Shown here in pieces: positions 51,651 through 63,934 of a stretch of 64,000 bases of DNA. How positions within the stretch are numbered: the first letter of the stretch is position 1; the number at the start of each line of letters is the position of its first letter. Location of the stretch: positions 179,800,001 through 179,864,000 of the forward strand of contig CM075978.1 of assembly GCA_038087875.1 (NCBI GenBank), read 5' to 3'. Source of the stretch: Malacoraja senta (Eukaryota). Position numbers and translations under genes: made by a program. The notes under the pieces are model-generated. The model worked only from the letters and a program-made list of their open reading frames with translations. It did not search any database and was not told the DNA's origin.

Positions 51651-54600
51651 ACAGCAGGGAAACTGGAAATAGACAAACTATTTACTTCTCAATTCGTAAG
51701 GAGTAGTAAGACAGCAGGGACTCGTACGGAGGATTCGTACGTGGTTCTTCAGACTGAAGAAGGGTATCGTCCCGAAACGTCACCCATTCGTTCTCGCCAG
51801 AGATGCTGCCTATACCGCTGAATTACTCCAGCATTTTGTGTCTATGTTCGGTTTAAACCAGTATTTTGCAGTTCCTTCCAACACACTGGATAGTTGATTT
51901 TTACGTTCAATGATTCAGTTGGATTGGAAAGTTTGTGTGATGCACTTTAACACGAGAAAATTTGAATACACAATAGAAATATCTAGCTGCAATTAATTGG
52001 ATCGCTGGGAAGTCCTGGTTTTGTTAGCAGGACTGCCCTTCGAAACGAGAATAACATATTTACGACAGATGGAGTGTACTTCCACCAGTGTGATTAAACA
52101 GATACACGAATAGGAGAGGTCTAGGGAGATATGGGCCAAACGCAGGCAGGTGATACCAGTGTAGATGGGACATGTTGGTCGGCGTGGGCAAGTTGTGCCG
52201 AAGGGCCTGTTTCCATATTGTTTGACTCTATTACATTAATAGCGTGAAGTATACTCTCCATATGTGCGTAATAAATGCAGAAGGACTCATCGCGTAATCT
52301 ATTCTCCACACGTTTTCATTCCTTGTTTGGATAGCGAACAATAAACGAAAGGACCGTCCCATTCATTTGTACATCAGATTTTACGAATTGATAACAAACA
52401 GCTAGCGGCCAAATCTGTGATTTGGATTTTCAATCAGCATTATTCCAATTAATAACTTGAGATTAATAGCAATTATATATATATATTTTCCATTCTTTCC
52501 ATGCCGCAAGTAATTCAACATTTTCGTTCCTTGTTCAACAACAGTCCTGATCCCACTAAAACTTTTCCCCAACACTCCTGAAGGAAGTAAACACTTTCAC
52601 AAACATGCAGTCGAAATAACTTTGGGGACATAGATCAATATAACGAATAAGGTGGATGGCATGACATATGTTATGTGGGGCTAAGGTAAATCATCTGACC
52701 CCAATTCTTTGAGGCTCCGCCGGGATATTCGAAGTAACTCGAGGACAATGTAGCCCCGCAAGATCGGTGCACTAGCACAATCACGAATAGCGCAAAGTAA
52801 GACCAGCATTGATCCAGCAACCTAGATGTAATCGATGTTGTCATTGGGACCGCGTGGAACTTCTCGGGTGTTTCGGTTTCCTATATCCCAAAGATATATG
52901 GTTTAGCAGGTTAATTAGCCATCAAACATTGCTTGGAGTGTGCTGGAAGCTGACGAAAACAAGGAGAGAATAAAACAGGATTAGTGTAAGTGGCTGATTA
53001 ATGGTTAGCATCGACTAATTAAATTGCTTTAAATGGTCCGCCCATTGCTTTATTACACTATGCCTCTGCAACTCCTCTGCGGTTGACACATCTAAACGTG
53101 AACGTGAGATTTGGTGCATTTAGTTAAATCTTAAGTGCACGTGAGATTTAGCACTCGTTTGCTCTAAAATTGGCAAACATACAGCATAATACATTTCATT
53201 TTATTACGCACATGGTGCTTTCAAGTCTTCAAGCTCCTCTTATTTTAGTCATGTTTTGGTGTTTCAGATATTCCTGTTTATTAATGGGACCATCATTGGG
53301 GTGCAATGCCACTGATTTATAAAGGTACGTTCATTATGAAAAATAATTTTTATACAATATTTCATAGTTACGAAATATTTTTGCGAGTTCACAATTATGT
53401 AATACAATAGGATAGAATAGAATAGTATCTCCGAACTAAACTAAATTAAACAGGAATTTGACTATTTATATAGAGGAATTGTTTCGAGATTGTCAATTCT
53501 TCCAAATGTCAGCTGAGCCTTCAATTTAGATTTCAGAATTATAAACGCAATTTAAAGTAAGTGCGGGTAATTAACGACATGCGTTTCTGTAAATCGTCAT
53601 ATGCGTCAGTAATTAATTCTTGTTAATTTCCCATTACTTTGCACAGTGGATGATTTCTTAAGGTCCAGCTCAGGCCTGTGGAACTTATTTCTTCAATCAT
53701 TCACCACTGATAATGTTCAAATTTGAAGAACATTAGTATGCAGATAATTTAAAATGTGCAGAAAGAAACGTTGCATATATCTCTGAAATCTGCGTGCAGG
53801 TTGATGGAAAGATACAATTACGCAGAGATCATATTTTCCTGTACGTGGCAAAATACATCACAGGGAATAGGCGAATATAATGTAATGTGTCCGTAGAATC
53901 GTTATCGGGGCTCAATTTATCAATTTAATGACAAATCCGAAGACAAAAGAAATTGCAGATGCTGGAATCTGGAAAAAAGAAACTGGAGAGGAACTCTGTG
54001 GTTTAGATACCAGACTCCCACTAGACCAGAGGTCACTATTCTCATTGTATTGAGCTGCAAGAAAACAAAATGGCATGAAATGCTGGGCAAGTTAGATGCG
54101 ACTTGACATGACGCATATTTGCAGCATTTTGTTTCCATTTTAGATTTCAAAAACCTGAATCCTTTCTTTATTTCCTCAAAATTGTGTCTTGTGAAATATT
54201 AACTACCACACCTGGTCGCATGATCTCCTGCTCTCTTGTCACCGATATATATATATTTTTAAACCTTTGAACAATGCATAGATTAATAAATATCAACCAT
54301 CCCTGCAGATGAGCTTCAACATCTGAATGACAAAGTAAAACTTTATTGCCGATGCACTTTTGGACAATAACGGGCAACAGGCTGGTTTTATTTTCGCTCT
54401 GGCATACACGGATTGATCACGAAATCCCGTCCATCAGCCATCTTTTATAAACAGGGAAACAAATAACTCTTAATCGGCATGCGTATTAATTACAAATTAA
54501 AGTCATAGAAATATATCAAATGACCAAATGACCAAAACCAATAAAATGGAAATTACTCGAGATCCGATCAAGCTAGGAGAACGTACATTTTATCCCAAGC

Positions 54601-55720
54601 CGATGAAATTATTTATCTATGTTCACATATTAGGAAATATGTCCTCAATAGACGTTATTCTTATACGTCCGTTACACGTTTGTGAATTGATACTTAAGTG
54701 GTTCAATACAACGATTTTTTATCATGCGATTGTACTTATTAGAAGCTGATCACTTAATAAGTGTACATGCATAACGACCATTCCGGGGTTTTTTTCCTGC
54801 AATGTTTCACACACTTATTGCTTCACCGTAAGTGTTCCTTCTCGTTGTTCAACGCGCCATTAAACGATAGCGCTAACTAGGCTGATGTGTCAAGCGGTCA
54901 AACCGCAAGGAAACAGCGCCGAAGATCTTTCAAGCCGAACGACGTTACCAGGGACCAGAATGATCGACGCTGGATCCGAGCGCCTCCGTTGAACCAGCGA
55001 ATTACTAACCTAAAACAAAAGTGCAATAAACCTGATAGGTTAATAAATGTTGATCCATGAAACACACGTTCTGATCAGCAACCAGCACATCACTCCTTTT
55101 CCTAAAAGTTCTCCTTGTTATTCAAATATTGTTTGTAATGATCCATTACAGGGTAAATAATGCAAAGATTTGGCATTTTTGATTTGTTAGGTCTATCCAC
55201 ATTATTCCACCAGCATGTGCGTTTCAAATCTTGCGAAATTTCGGAATCTCCATTTCTGTATCTTAAATAACCAAAAAATAATATAAAGTTTCAAAGTTGT
55301 AAAGACAATAGTAAGAAAAATAAAAAATAAATTAGAATTTTTTCCACTGTGATTCCCGCGGCTGATCTGAACGTAATAGACATTAGCATACGTTTTATCC
55401 ATGGAACTCAGTTATCGGATTTGAATCAACATTCGTACAATGTAAAACACGTCCTTACTTAACAGTTGCAAACGCGAACTTCTGCAGACTACTTACTTTA
55501 ATATATTGATCAGAACGCTAGCCACTATAATGTTTCACCTGTGGTTGGGAACATTCCCCTGGGTAAAGCATTGTTCCATTTTCCACCTGCCTTCATTTGT
55601 AAACTAAGTTCTGGCTAGCTTTCAACTTGGAGCTAAATGCAATTCGTCCTCGAGATTGTCTGTTTTAACCTACCATCTAAACGTCGTTTTTTAAAAAACA
55701 TAATTGCATTTTCTTGACAG

Positions 55721-55824
55721 TGTTTTCCAAGAGTTGTTGAACAGATTTCGTTCAATGTAATGCAACTGCCCGAAGAAGTGGTTTTATCCAAAGGGGGTGA
55801 ACATTACCTACTGCATATTCCCCA
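55721..55824 (+). pseudogene. Truncated, frameshifted duplicate of the 5' part of the V exon
   Basis: After acceptor ttcttgacag|: gaacagatttcgttcaatgtaatgcaactgcccgaagaagtggttttatccaaaggg...ctactgcatattcccc, versus the intact exon gaacagatttcatacaatgtagagcaagtgcccaaagaagtggttttactcaaagg...ctactgcatattcccc. Confidence 0.75.
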
Positions 55825-56120
55825 ACGGATCAAATTATTCTTGCAACCCTCAGTTACAAGATACAAATCATCCTTCATATAATGTAAACCACGCCCTGAT
55901 AGGACGTAATAAGAATACCCTTTTAATTATAATTTTCACCACTCTGCTATCTGCGGCCGATTTGATTCTAGAAGACATTAGCGAATCCAACGGATCAAAT
56001 GATACTAGCAACCTCTATTACAGGATGTGAATCATCCTTCATAGAATGTAAACCACGCCCTCACTTAACAGTTGCCAAAGCAGCTTTCTGCGGACAAATT
56101 TGTTGTAGCTGTTGGCCGGA

Positions 56121-56175
56121 ATGGAAATCGGTATAATATTTAACTTACTGATCATCGGTGGGAATATTTACATAG
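56121..56175 (+). CDS. IgSF V-C1 receptor, signal-peptide exon
   Basis: ATG..MEIGIIFNLLIIGGNIYI(G), hydrophobic; phase-1 donor G|gtacag; 111-bp intron to the V exon. Confidence 0.7.
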
Positions 56176-56286
56176 GTACAGCTTTGTTCATTATTCCATG
56201 TGCTTATTTATAAACTAATTGTAAGGTCTACCGTCCGTATGCCGTCATCAACTGAATTACCTTTCCTTGGTTGTGTTTCCTAACAG

Positions 56287-56607
56287 GCGGGGAACAGATT
56301 TCATACAATGTAGAGCAAGTGCCCAAAGAAGTGGTTTTACTCAAAGGAGGGAACGTCACATTCTACTGCATATTCCCCATCTCTCAAGACCAATCTTGGG
56401 TAAGAGTCAAATGGTGGAAACAGGGCGAGAATGAATACCAACGTGCAAGTACCGACGACAGGAAACAATCTGGTGTGATAGGTCGAGCAAGCGGGTACTT
56501 CGAGTTAAAGAATGTAAAGATCCAAGATTCTGGAGTGTATTGGTGTTCGGTGACGCGAAATGGAATGGCTCCAAGAAATTCAACCGGATCACGTCTAATA
56601 GTATATG
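56287..56607 (+). CDS. IgSF V-C1 receptor (SIRP/B7-H6/NCR3LG1-like), V-set domain exon
   Basis: Acceptor tttcctaacag|; QISYNVEQVPKEVVLLKGGNVTFYC..VKWWKQG..FELKNVKIQDSGVYWC..NSTGSRLIVY; phase-1 donor G|gtaagc. Canonical C, W, DSGxYxC and a germline J-like G strand are present. Confidence 0.9.
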
Positions 56608-57984
56608 GTAAGCGAAAAATACTTGGAGAAGGAGGTATTTATTATGGAATATAATAGGTGGCAATACCGATTCACTATGTAGTCGTCCTTTAATACGATG
56701 TTTGTATATTATGATGAGCATAAGGGTGGAATGGTAACCGAAAATAATTGAGGGGTGAACCATAATGTTATATATATCAAATATAACATGCGGTAAAACC
56801 CATTCACTGTGAAGATATATTTTGATACCTTTGTCGATATTATGTTTAATAAATAAGTATGCGACTAAGAGAAAGGTTGAAGCTCCGCACTGCGTTTCTA
56901 AATTCACACAATGTTTGACCATCTTCGCTCTTCTCGTCAACACTGGTTACCTGATAGACAGACACGAAATGCTGGAGTAACTCGGCGGATCAGGCAGCAT
57001 CTCTGGGGAAATGAATAGGTGACATTTCTATTCCCTCTAATAGGTGAAACGTCACCTATTCCATTTCCCCCGAGATGTTGCCTGACTCGCTGAGTTACTC
57101 CAGCATTTTGTGTCTATCTTCGGCGTAAACCAGCATCTGCAGTTCATTTCGACACGCCGGTTACCCGAAGTCTAGCTTTTAGGGTTCAAAGCCTTATTTT
57201 TTAATTCCTTCGTTGTTCCCCGTGTATCTTTAAACTATAGAAATCCAATATATCAAATACATATATAAATAAATAAAAGGACGTCCTTTGGAGGTTCAAT
57301 GGTTTGCAGTGGGTGGATGCAATCGCTCCCATAATGACGGCAGAAACTCAGAGCGAACAATTCGGAAATCTCTGATGCATTTTTTGTAGTTTTAGAATGA
57401 TTATCAAACCATATGTTCAAACAAACATTAGTCAACTCCTTGAGTGTCCCTGACTTTTGATAACGCTCATGAAACGCATTGGAACTTAATTTGTTAGGTT
57501 AAAGAGATATATGAACGATTATTCTTGCTGATGTGAGAACAATATTCCATTTAGCTCCACTATCTATGCCTCTTATATTTTGAGATACGTCCATTAGGTC
57601 ACCACATAGTCTTCTTCGCACTAGGCAATCGCTTACTTATCATATCCAAACCAATCGTATCCATTCCACCCTCATTACCAAAGCCCGTAATCCAAGCAGA
57701 ATTATAGTGAATCTCTTCTGCAGTCCATCCAACACAATCGCATCCTTCGTATAATTTGAGATCCAGTATTGAACAAATTGCGTCGAATGCCAATTAATCA
57801 ATCTTTGTATAGACCCCACATACGCTTCCAACATTTATATTTTGTGTCGTGACCTATGAAAACATTCATATTTGGTGTCGTGGCCAAGCAGAACGTATGG
57901 CCTCTGTACCATCTGTGCTCCCACACTTGGGGAACCACGGACATACACGCAATGGTACACCTGTTCGTCAACATTCCTCAACAA

Positions 57985-58480
57985 TCTATCATTTACTCCC
58001 TCCGGTCGGTCCGCATGATCTACATCGGTGAGACCAAGCGGAGGCTTGGCGATCGTTTCGCCGAACACCTCCGGTCGGTCCGCAATAACCAACTTGACCT
58101 CCCGGTGGCTCAGCACTTCAACTCCCCCTCCCATTCCGTATCTGACCTCTCTGTCCTGGGTCTCCTCCATGGCCACAGCGAGCAACACCGTAAATTGGAG
58201 GAAATGCACCTCATATTCCGCTTGGGCAGTCTACATCCTGGGGGCTTGAACATTGAATTCTCCCAATTCTGCTAGCCCTTGCCTTCCCTTCATCAGCCCT
58301 CTGGTTGTCTCCTCCCCTCCCCCAGCCCTCAGGCTCCTCCTCCGCCTTTTTCCTTTTTTCCTTTCTTCTCCCCACCCCCTATCAGTCTGAAGAAAGGTTT
58401 CGGCCCGAAACGTTGCCTATTTCATTCGCTCCATAGATGCTGCTGCACCCGCTGAGTTTCTCCAGCATTTTTGTGTACCT
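57985..58480 (+). mobile_element. Penelope-like 3' end (GIY-YIG + pLTR) in the V-C1 intron
   Basis: IYIGETKRRLGDRFAEHLRSVRNNQLDLPVAQHFNSPSHS...; CTGAAGA..GAAAC at 58387. Confidence 0.9.
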
Positions 58481-59205
58481 ACCATTTACTCTCTATTTTT
58501 CTCCCCTATGTGACCTCACGATATAAATCACCTGGTACGTTTCGAGGTTAAATTTCATTTGACGACACTCCAACCAAAATTTCAGCTGCTTTCTGATAGA
58601 TTACATTGCTGCTAGAGATTCTTGGATAAGATTAATGTGAGGGGTTTCAAAGCCCGCAAGTTACCCACTGGTGGTCAATTTCTTGGCTCAGCGAAATGAA
58701 GTGCGAAGAAATTCAAAATTTTGTCGCGCCAAACTGCAATAACTGATATAGGAGGTATGGTGTTGATATATTCCGATTTCTAAAATAATATATTCCTTTC
58801 ACCAATTGATGTGCCCCCTCTCCCTCTCCTGTGTGCTTTTTTTTTGTTGCAAATCCTACTGGCTTTCTCATTTGATCATCAACGAAATGCTGAATATTTT
58901 TCACTGTGCTCAAGAAACAGAGAGTATCGGCGTGGTAGCCGATCTCGAGGTTTATTTGGTTTATTACCTGAACTCCAAGAAAAGAAACCTAAATCGGTAT
59001 TTGAAGTAGCTTCATTATCGCTGGGTGAGCGAACTCCGTAAATACCGGCCTCAAAGTGAGATTTAGATCGGGCATCAGTACTTGGTCTAGGTAACAACAA
59101 AACCATTTTCAAACTGCGCCATTATAATTAACTGGCTCGTGGTTAATAAAATCAATCTTTCAATGACGCAAATTCATATAATGTTGTGCCCTTTCTGTTC
59201 CGCAG

Positions 59206-59517
59206 CTCTTCCAACCCCACTGAAGATTTTCGCCAAGACCCCCGAAATGAATTCAGCCGGGACTTGTATCCTTGTGTGTGAAACGGCTGCATTTCATCCC
59301 AGGAATTTGACACTTACCTGGTATAAGAACGGCGTCGAAACTACATTGGAAATATTTACTGAAACAACGCAGAACTCCGAGGGACTGCATGAGGTTACCA
59401 GCTCCTTAATCGAGACGCAGCCAGTGCAGAACGACGCCAAATATACGTGTTTAGTATCACATGCCTCTCTCTATACTTCAGCAAAGGCTAACATTTCTGT
59501 TTCCAAATGTCGCCAAG
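59206..59517 (+). CDS. IgSF V-C1 receptor, C1-set domain exon
   Basis: Acceptor ttctgttccgcag|; LPTPLKIF..CILVCETAAFHPRNLTLTWYKNG..HEVTSSL..YTCLVSHASL; phase-1 donor G|gtaaga. It shows the C1 hallmarks FxP, W and YxCxVxH. Confidence 0.9.
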
Positions 59518-59622
59518 GTAAGAGGCCAACGGAGATATTTCTTGCTAAGTTAGCAGAGATGAATCATACTTGTTCGCGAAGAAAATGCACCTTAATTCAA
59601 TTGGAAATATCAACTAGAGCGT

Positions 59623-59699
59623 GAAATTAACGTTTAATATTTAATATCAGCCACTCTTGGACCAAGAGTGTCTGATATTAAATATTAAACGTTAATTTC
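59623..59699. repeat. 77-bp near-perfect palindrome
   Basis: GAAATTAACGTTTAATATTTAATATCAG-c-CACTCTTGG-a-CCAAGAGTG-t-CTGATATTAAATATTAAACGTTAATTTC. Confidence 0.95.
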
Positions 59700-60004
59700 G
59701 GAAACGGAATTTCGGAAACGTCTTGGTGCAATACCGAATGCAACAAAACGGTTAACAATTACATTAGTTTGCATTCTAAATCTTACATTTATCCTCTAAA
59801 GTATTCCTCACAATTTATATTTATTAGCATGTAATATTAAGACACCCTTTGTGTTCCTTTAAAAAAATCTACACACGCCATGAACGTAAAACATAGAAAG
59901 ATACTGCACAGAAACGGCCCATCGGCCCGTTATGCGTCGGAAACAATGCCACGATAAACTAATCGGAGATGTCCTGATTCTTTAGGGAATGGGGGTTCCC
60001 CTCT

Positions 60005-60672
60005 TCCATTCTAGGTGAGGCTCTCACTAGGGTCTCCTCGATATCCCGCAGCTCCGCTCTTCCTCTTTATAACAAGAGGAATCGAATATGGGAGCAAAGA
60101 GGTCCTTCTGAAGTTGTACAGAGCCCTAGTGAGACCACACCTGGAGTATTGTGTGCAGTTTTGGTCCCCTAATTTGAGGAAGGATATTCTTGCTATTGAG
60201 GGAGTGCAGCGTAGGTTTACAAGGGATGGCGGGCCTGTCATATGCGGAGAGAATGGAGCAGTTGGGCTTGTACACTCTGGAGTTTAGAAGGATGAGAGGG
60301 TATCTCATTGAAGCATATAAGATTGTTAAGGGTTTGGACGAGCTAGAGGCAGGAAACATGTTTCCGATGTTGGGGGAGTCCAGAACCAGGGGCCACAGTT
60401 TAAGAATACGGAGTAAGCCATTTAGAACGGAGACGAGGAAACACTTTTTCTAACAGAGAGTTGTGAGTCTGTGGAATTCTCTGCCTCAGAGGGTGGTGGA
60501 GGCAGGTTCTCTGGATGCTTTCAGAGAGGGCTAGATAGGGCTCTTAATAATAGCGGAGTCAGGGGATATGGGGAGAAGGGAGGGATGGGGTACTGATTGG
60601 GGATGATCAGCTATGATCACATTGAATGGTGGTGCTGGCTCGAAGGGCCGAATGACCTACTCCTGCACCTAT
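60005..60672 (+). mobile_element. CR1 LINE 3' end
   Basis: '[39 protein letters not shown]', the CR1 3' UTR and a (ctattgt)n tail. Confidence 0.9.
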
Positions 60673-60741
60673 TGTCTATTGTCTATTGTCTACCCCCCCC
60701 CATCCGTAACAAGGACAGAGCCCCCCTTGTCCCCACCCAGG

Positions 60742-61210
60742 AGTCCTGTCCTGGGCCTCCTCCATTGTCAGAGTGAGGCCCAGTGCAAATTGGAGGAACA
60801 GCATCTCATATTTCGCTTGGGTAGTTTGCACCCCAGCGGTATGAACGTTGATTTCTCTAATTTCAGATAGCCCTTGCATTCTCCCTCCTTCCGCTCCCCT
60901 TCCCAGTTCTCCTACTAGTCCTACTGTCTCCGCTTACTTTCTATATTTTTCCCGCTCCACCCCACACCAGTCTGAAGAAGGGTCTCGACCCAAAGCATCA
61001 CCCAATCTTTATCTCAGATGCTGCGCACCCAATGAGTTATTCCAACATTTTGTGTCCCCTGCTAGTCCTACTGTCTCTGCCTACTTTCTATCTTTGTCCA
61101 GCCCCCTCTCCCGACATCAGTCTGAAGAAGGGGCTCGACCTGAAACGTCACCCATTCCTTCTCTCCATTGAATTGCCTCACCCGCTGAATTACTCAAACG
61201 TTTTGTGTCT
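60742..61210 (+). mobile_element. Penelope-like 3' end with tandem pLTRs
   Basis: 'VLGLLHCQSEAQCKLEEQHLIFRLGSLHPSGMNVDFSNFR'; two pLTR copies with cores at 60972 and 61122. Confidence 0.85.
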
Positions 61211-61384
61211 ACCATGATAAACTAATCTCATTTGCTTGCACATGGTCCATATCACTGCATTCCCAGCATAATAATTTGGCTATCAAAAAGCCTTTTGCAT
61301 GCCACTATCGTATCTGCCTCCATCGCCCCACCTAGAAGCTCGTTCCATGCACCCACCATTCACTGTGTCAAAAATCTTGCACCG

Positions 61385-62295
61385 CAGATCTGTTTGTCTG
61401 TCTGTCCGTCCGTCCGTCCGTCCGTACGTACGTCCGTACGTACGTCCGTCTATCTGTGTTTGCCCATGTGATCCTGGAACTACACCAAAACGGTACACGG
61501 CACCACCTTACTCACCATTGTCCTGCGGTCGTTTGTGTCAACTCGTTCAGATTGATGTTATATTTCACGTTATTGACATTTAAAAATTTACAAAACCCCA
61601 CTTTGAGAACAATAACTTGGCAGTTGCTGTACCAGCTGCTGAGAGATTCTGGCAGTTTCCAGCTATGGCATCACAATTGGCTCTTGCAGTCCTCCACCAG
61701 ACAATGACATCACAATGGGATCTCATTTATATAAGCTGCTGTTAACAGTCCTCCACCCGAGAATGACATCACAATGGGATCTCAGCTGCCAATCAACAGT
61801 GTTGGGATAAGCTCCACCCAGTGCAATGAGAGATTTCTTACATTGTTGTAAGGAGACAGAGGTGTGGGGGAGGGGAGGAGAAGAAATGTTATTTAAACAT
61901 TGTGTTTAGTGGGGGAGTGCGATAGGGGAGAGGTGAGGGAGGGAGTGACTAAGGGGAGGGAAAAGGAGAGGGAGGGAGAGGTGAGGTAGGGAGTGGAGGA
62001 GGGTAGGAGGCGAGGGGAGAGAAGAGGGAGGGTGAAGACGAGGGGGGTGTAGTGTATGAGCCATGCCTGTGCAGTTGGGCCAAATGGGTGAGTGGTGGAA
62101 TATTGCATTGGGGAACAGATTACGTTGGGGGAACGGGTGAGTGGTGGTAATGTGTTTGCATTGGGGAAACAGATGAGTGGTGGAATAGTGCAATTTCGTT
62201 CAAACCATTCTGTTTGAATGACAACAAAAGGCATTCTATTCTATTCTATTCTATATTGCGTGTGGGAGCGGGGCCCAACGGGTCAGGTTGGTAAG
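61385..62295 (+). mobile_element. Helitron-like element (degenerate)
   Basis: (GTCC)n start, 'ccaaaacggtacac', internal tandem repeats and a GA-rich tract. The 3' hairpin GGCCCAACGGGTC..TTGGT resembles 30512-30539, and a similar end lies at ~63755-63782. Confidence 0.45.
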
Positions 62296-62466
62296 GAGGG
62301 CAGAGGGGTTATGGAGGGTGGGAGGGAGTGACTGAGGGTCGGGCAAGGAGAAGGAGGGAGAGGTGAGGGAGGGAGTCATGGAGGGGAGGAGGAGGAGAGG
62401 GGAGAGAAGAGGGAGGGTGAAGAGGAGGGGTGGGAGTGTTAGGGATGAGGGGAAATGAGCCGCGCC

Positions 62467-62569
62467 CAGGGGCGGAAACCACTATCAAAACGTGGGGGGG
62501 ACACATTTCTTTGCTGGCCCCGCGCATGCGCAAGCACGCACGCACGCGAACGCATGCGCGCGCACGCAC

Positions 62570-62615
<46 letters not shown>

Positions 62616-63697
62616 GAGGCTTTGGAGGCTTCAGCCGTGGGCCCTGTGAACTGTAACATCGGAGCTGACCTGTTTAAGAAAGAACTGCAGATGCTGGAAT
62701 AATCGAAGGTTGACAAAAATGCAGGTGAGACGGCATCTATGTAGAGAAGGAATAGTTGACATTTCGGCTCGAAATCCTTCTACAGACCAGATCTGAGGAA
62801 GGGTCTCGACCCAAAACGTAACCCATTCTTTCGCTCCATAGATGCAGCCTCACCCGCTGAGTTTCTCCAGCATTTTTGTCTACCTTCGGGAGCTGACCTG
62901 GTTGGTGACCGAATCTGAACTCCAGCAACAGCAGCTTCATCCGCCCCGAATCGTGGGGCTTGAATCAACCCGTTTGCGGGGCCTTTTGTCGCCCGGCGCG
63001 ACTTTAAATCGGCCGGCGGAGGCTTCAACATCAGGAGCCTCGATGGCCTCGATGCAGCAGATTGATTTTAAGCCACGCTGGGCGATGAAAGGCCCTGCGA
63101 ACGGGCCGATTCAGCCATTAGAAAGCGTCTGATACCCACTTGAATCTTTCAAAAGCTACGTTGTGATAAATAACACAAACAAATAAAACTGAAGCTAATA
63201 AAGGTAAACAGAAGAACCAACCTTGGAGGGGGGAGAGAGAGAGAGAGATGGTAAAAACATACTAAAAACGTGAGTGACCTGAATGAGGGACCTGCCTGCA
63301 AGCCAGCCAGGAAACCCATTCGACCGGAGCCTAATGACCTGACCCTTTTAAATCCGATGCTCGTTTAAATCTTTCCCATCAACGAATACATCCAATTAAT
63401 TCAAATGGTAATTGTACCCGCATCAGGCAGCTTTAAGAAATTCTCCATGAATACCTTCAGTAATACTTGTAGGTCAAAACACAATTGGTGACACATCGTG
63501 TTAATACGATGTTAATGGAGGCATTTAACAAGCGCTTAACAGTGACACCCCTGACTGTTTCGCGGAAAGCAGAGATTTTAATAGATTTTTTTCACCAAAT
63601 TTCGAAATCCAGATTACAAAACATGGGGGGGATTGTCTCCCACCTCTCAAAACATGGAGGGGGCGTGTCCCCTGTCCTCCTGGGATTTCCGCCCGTG
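62467..63697. mobile_element. hAT-like TIR element with nested Penelope foldback and retroposon fragment
   Basis: TIR CAGGGGCGGAAA / TTTCCGCCCGTG (11/12); degenerate 8-bp TSD gccgcgcc / cccacgcc; 'aaaacrtgggggg' subterminal motifs at both ends. Confidence 0.6.
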
Positions 63698-63785
63698 CCC
63701 ACGCCTGCACGGTTGGGGGAATGGGTGAGTGGTGGATTATTACATTGGGGGAACGGGGCCCAACGCATCCCACTTGGTCCAGTAT

Positions 63786-63934
63786 NNNNNNNNNNNNNNN
63801 NNNNNNNNNNNNNNNNNNNNNNNNNNNNNNNNNNNNNNNNNNNNNNNNNNNNNNNNNNNNNNNNNNNNNNNNNNNNNNNNNNNNNNNNNNNNNNNNNNNN
63901 NNNNNNNNNNNNNNNNNNNNNNNNNNNNNNNNNN
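63786..63934. other. Assembly gap (N run)
   Basis: Run of N. Confidence 1.

Noticed and set aside
53650-53900. Possible additional V pseudo-exon after acceptor tttgcacag
   Set aside because: The Cys/Trp pattern could not be recovered in any stitched frame.
56608-59205. Recombination signal sequences (CACAGTG...ACAAAAACC) near the V exon
   Set aside because: None was found, and the V exon already includes the J-like strand, so there is no evidence of RAG rearrangement.
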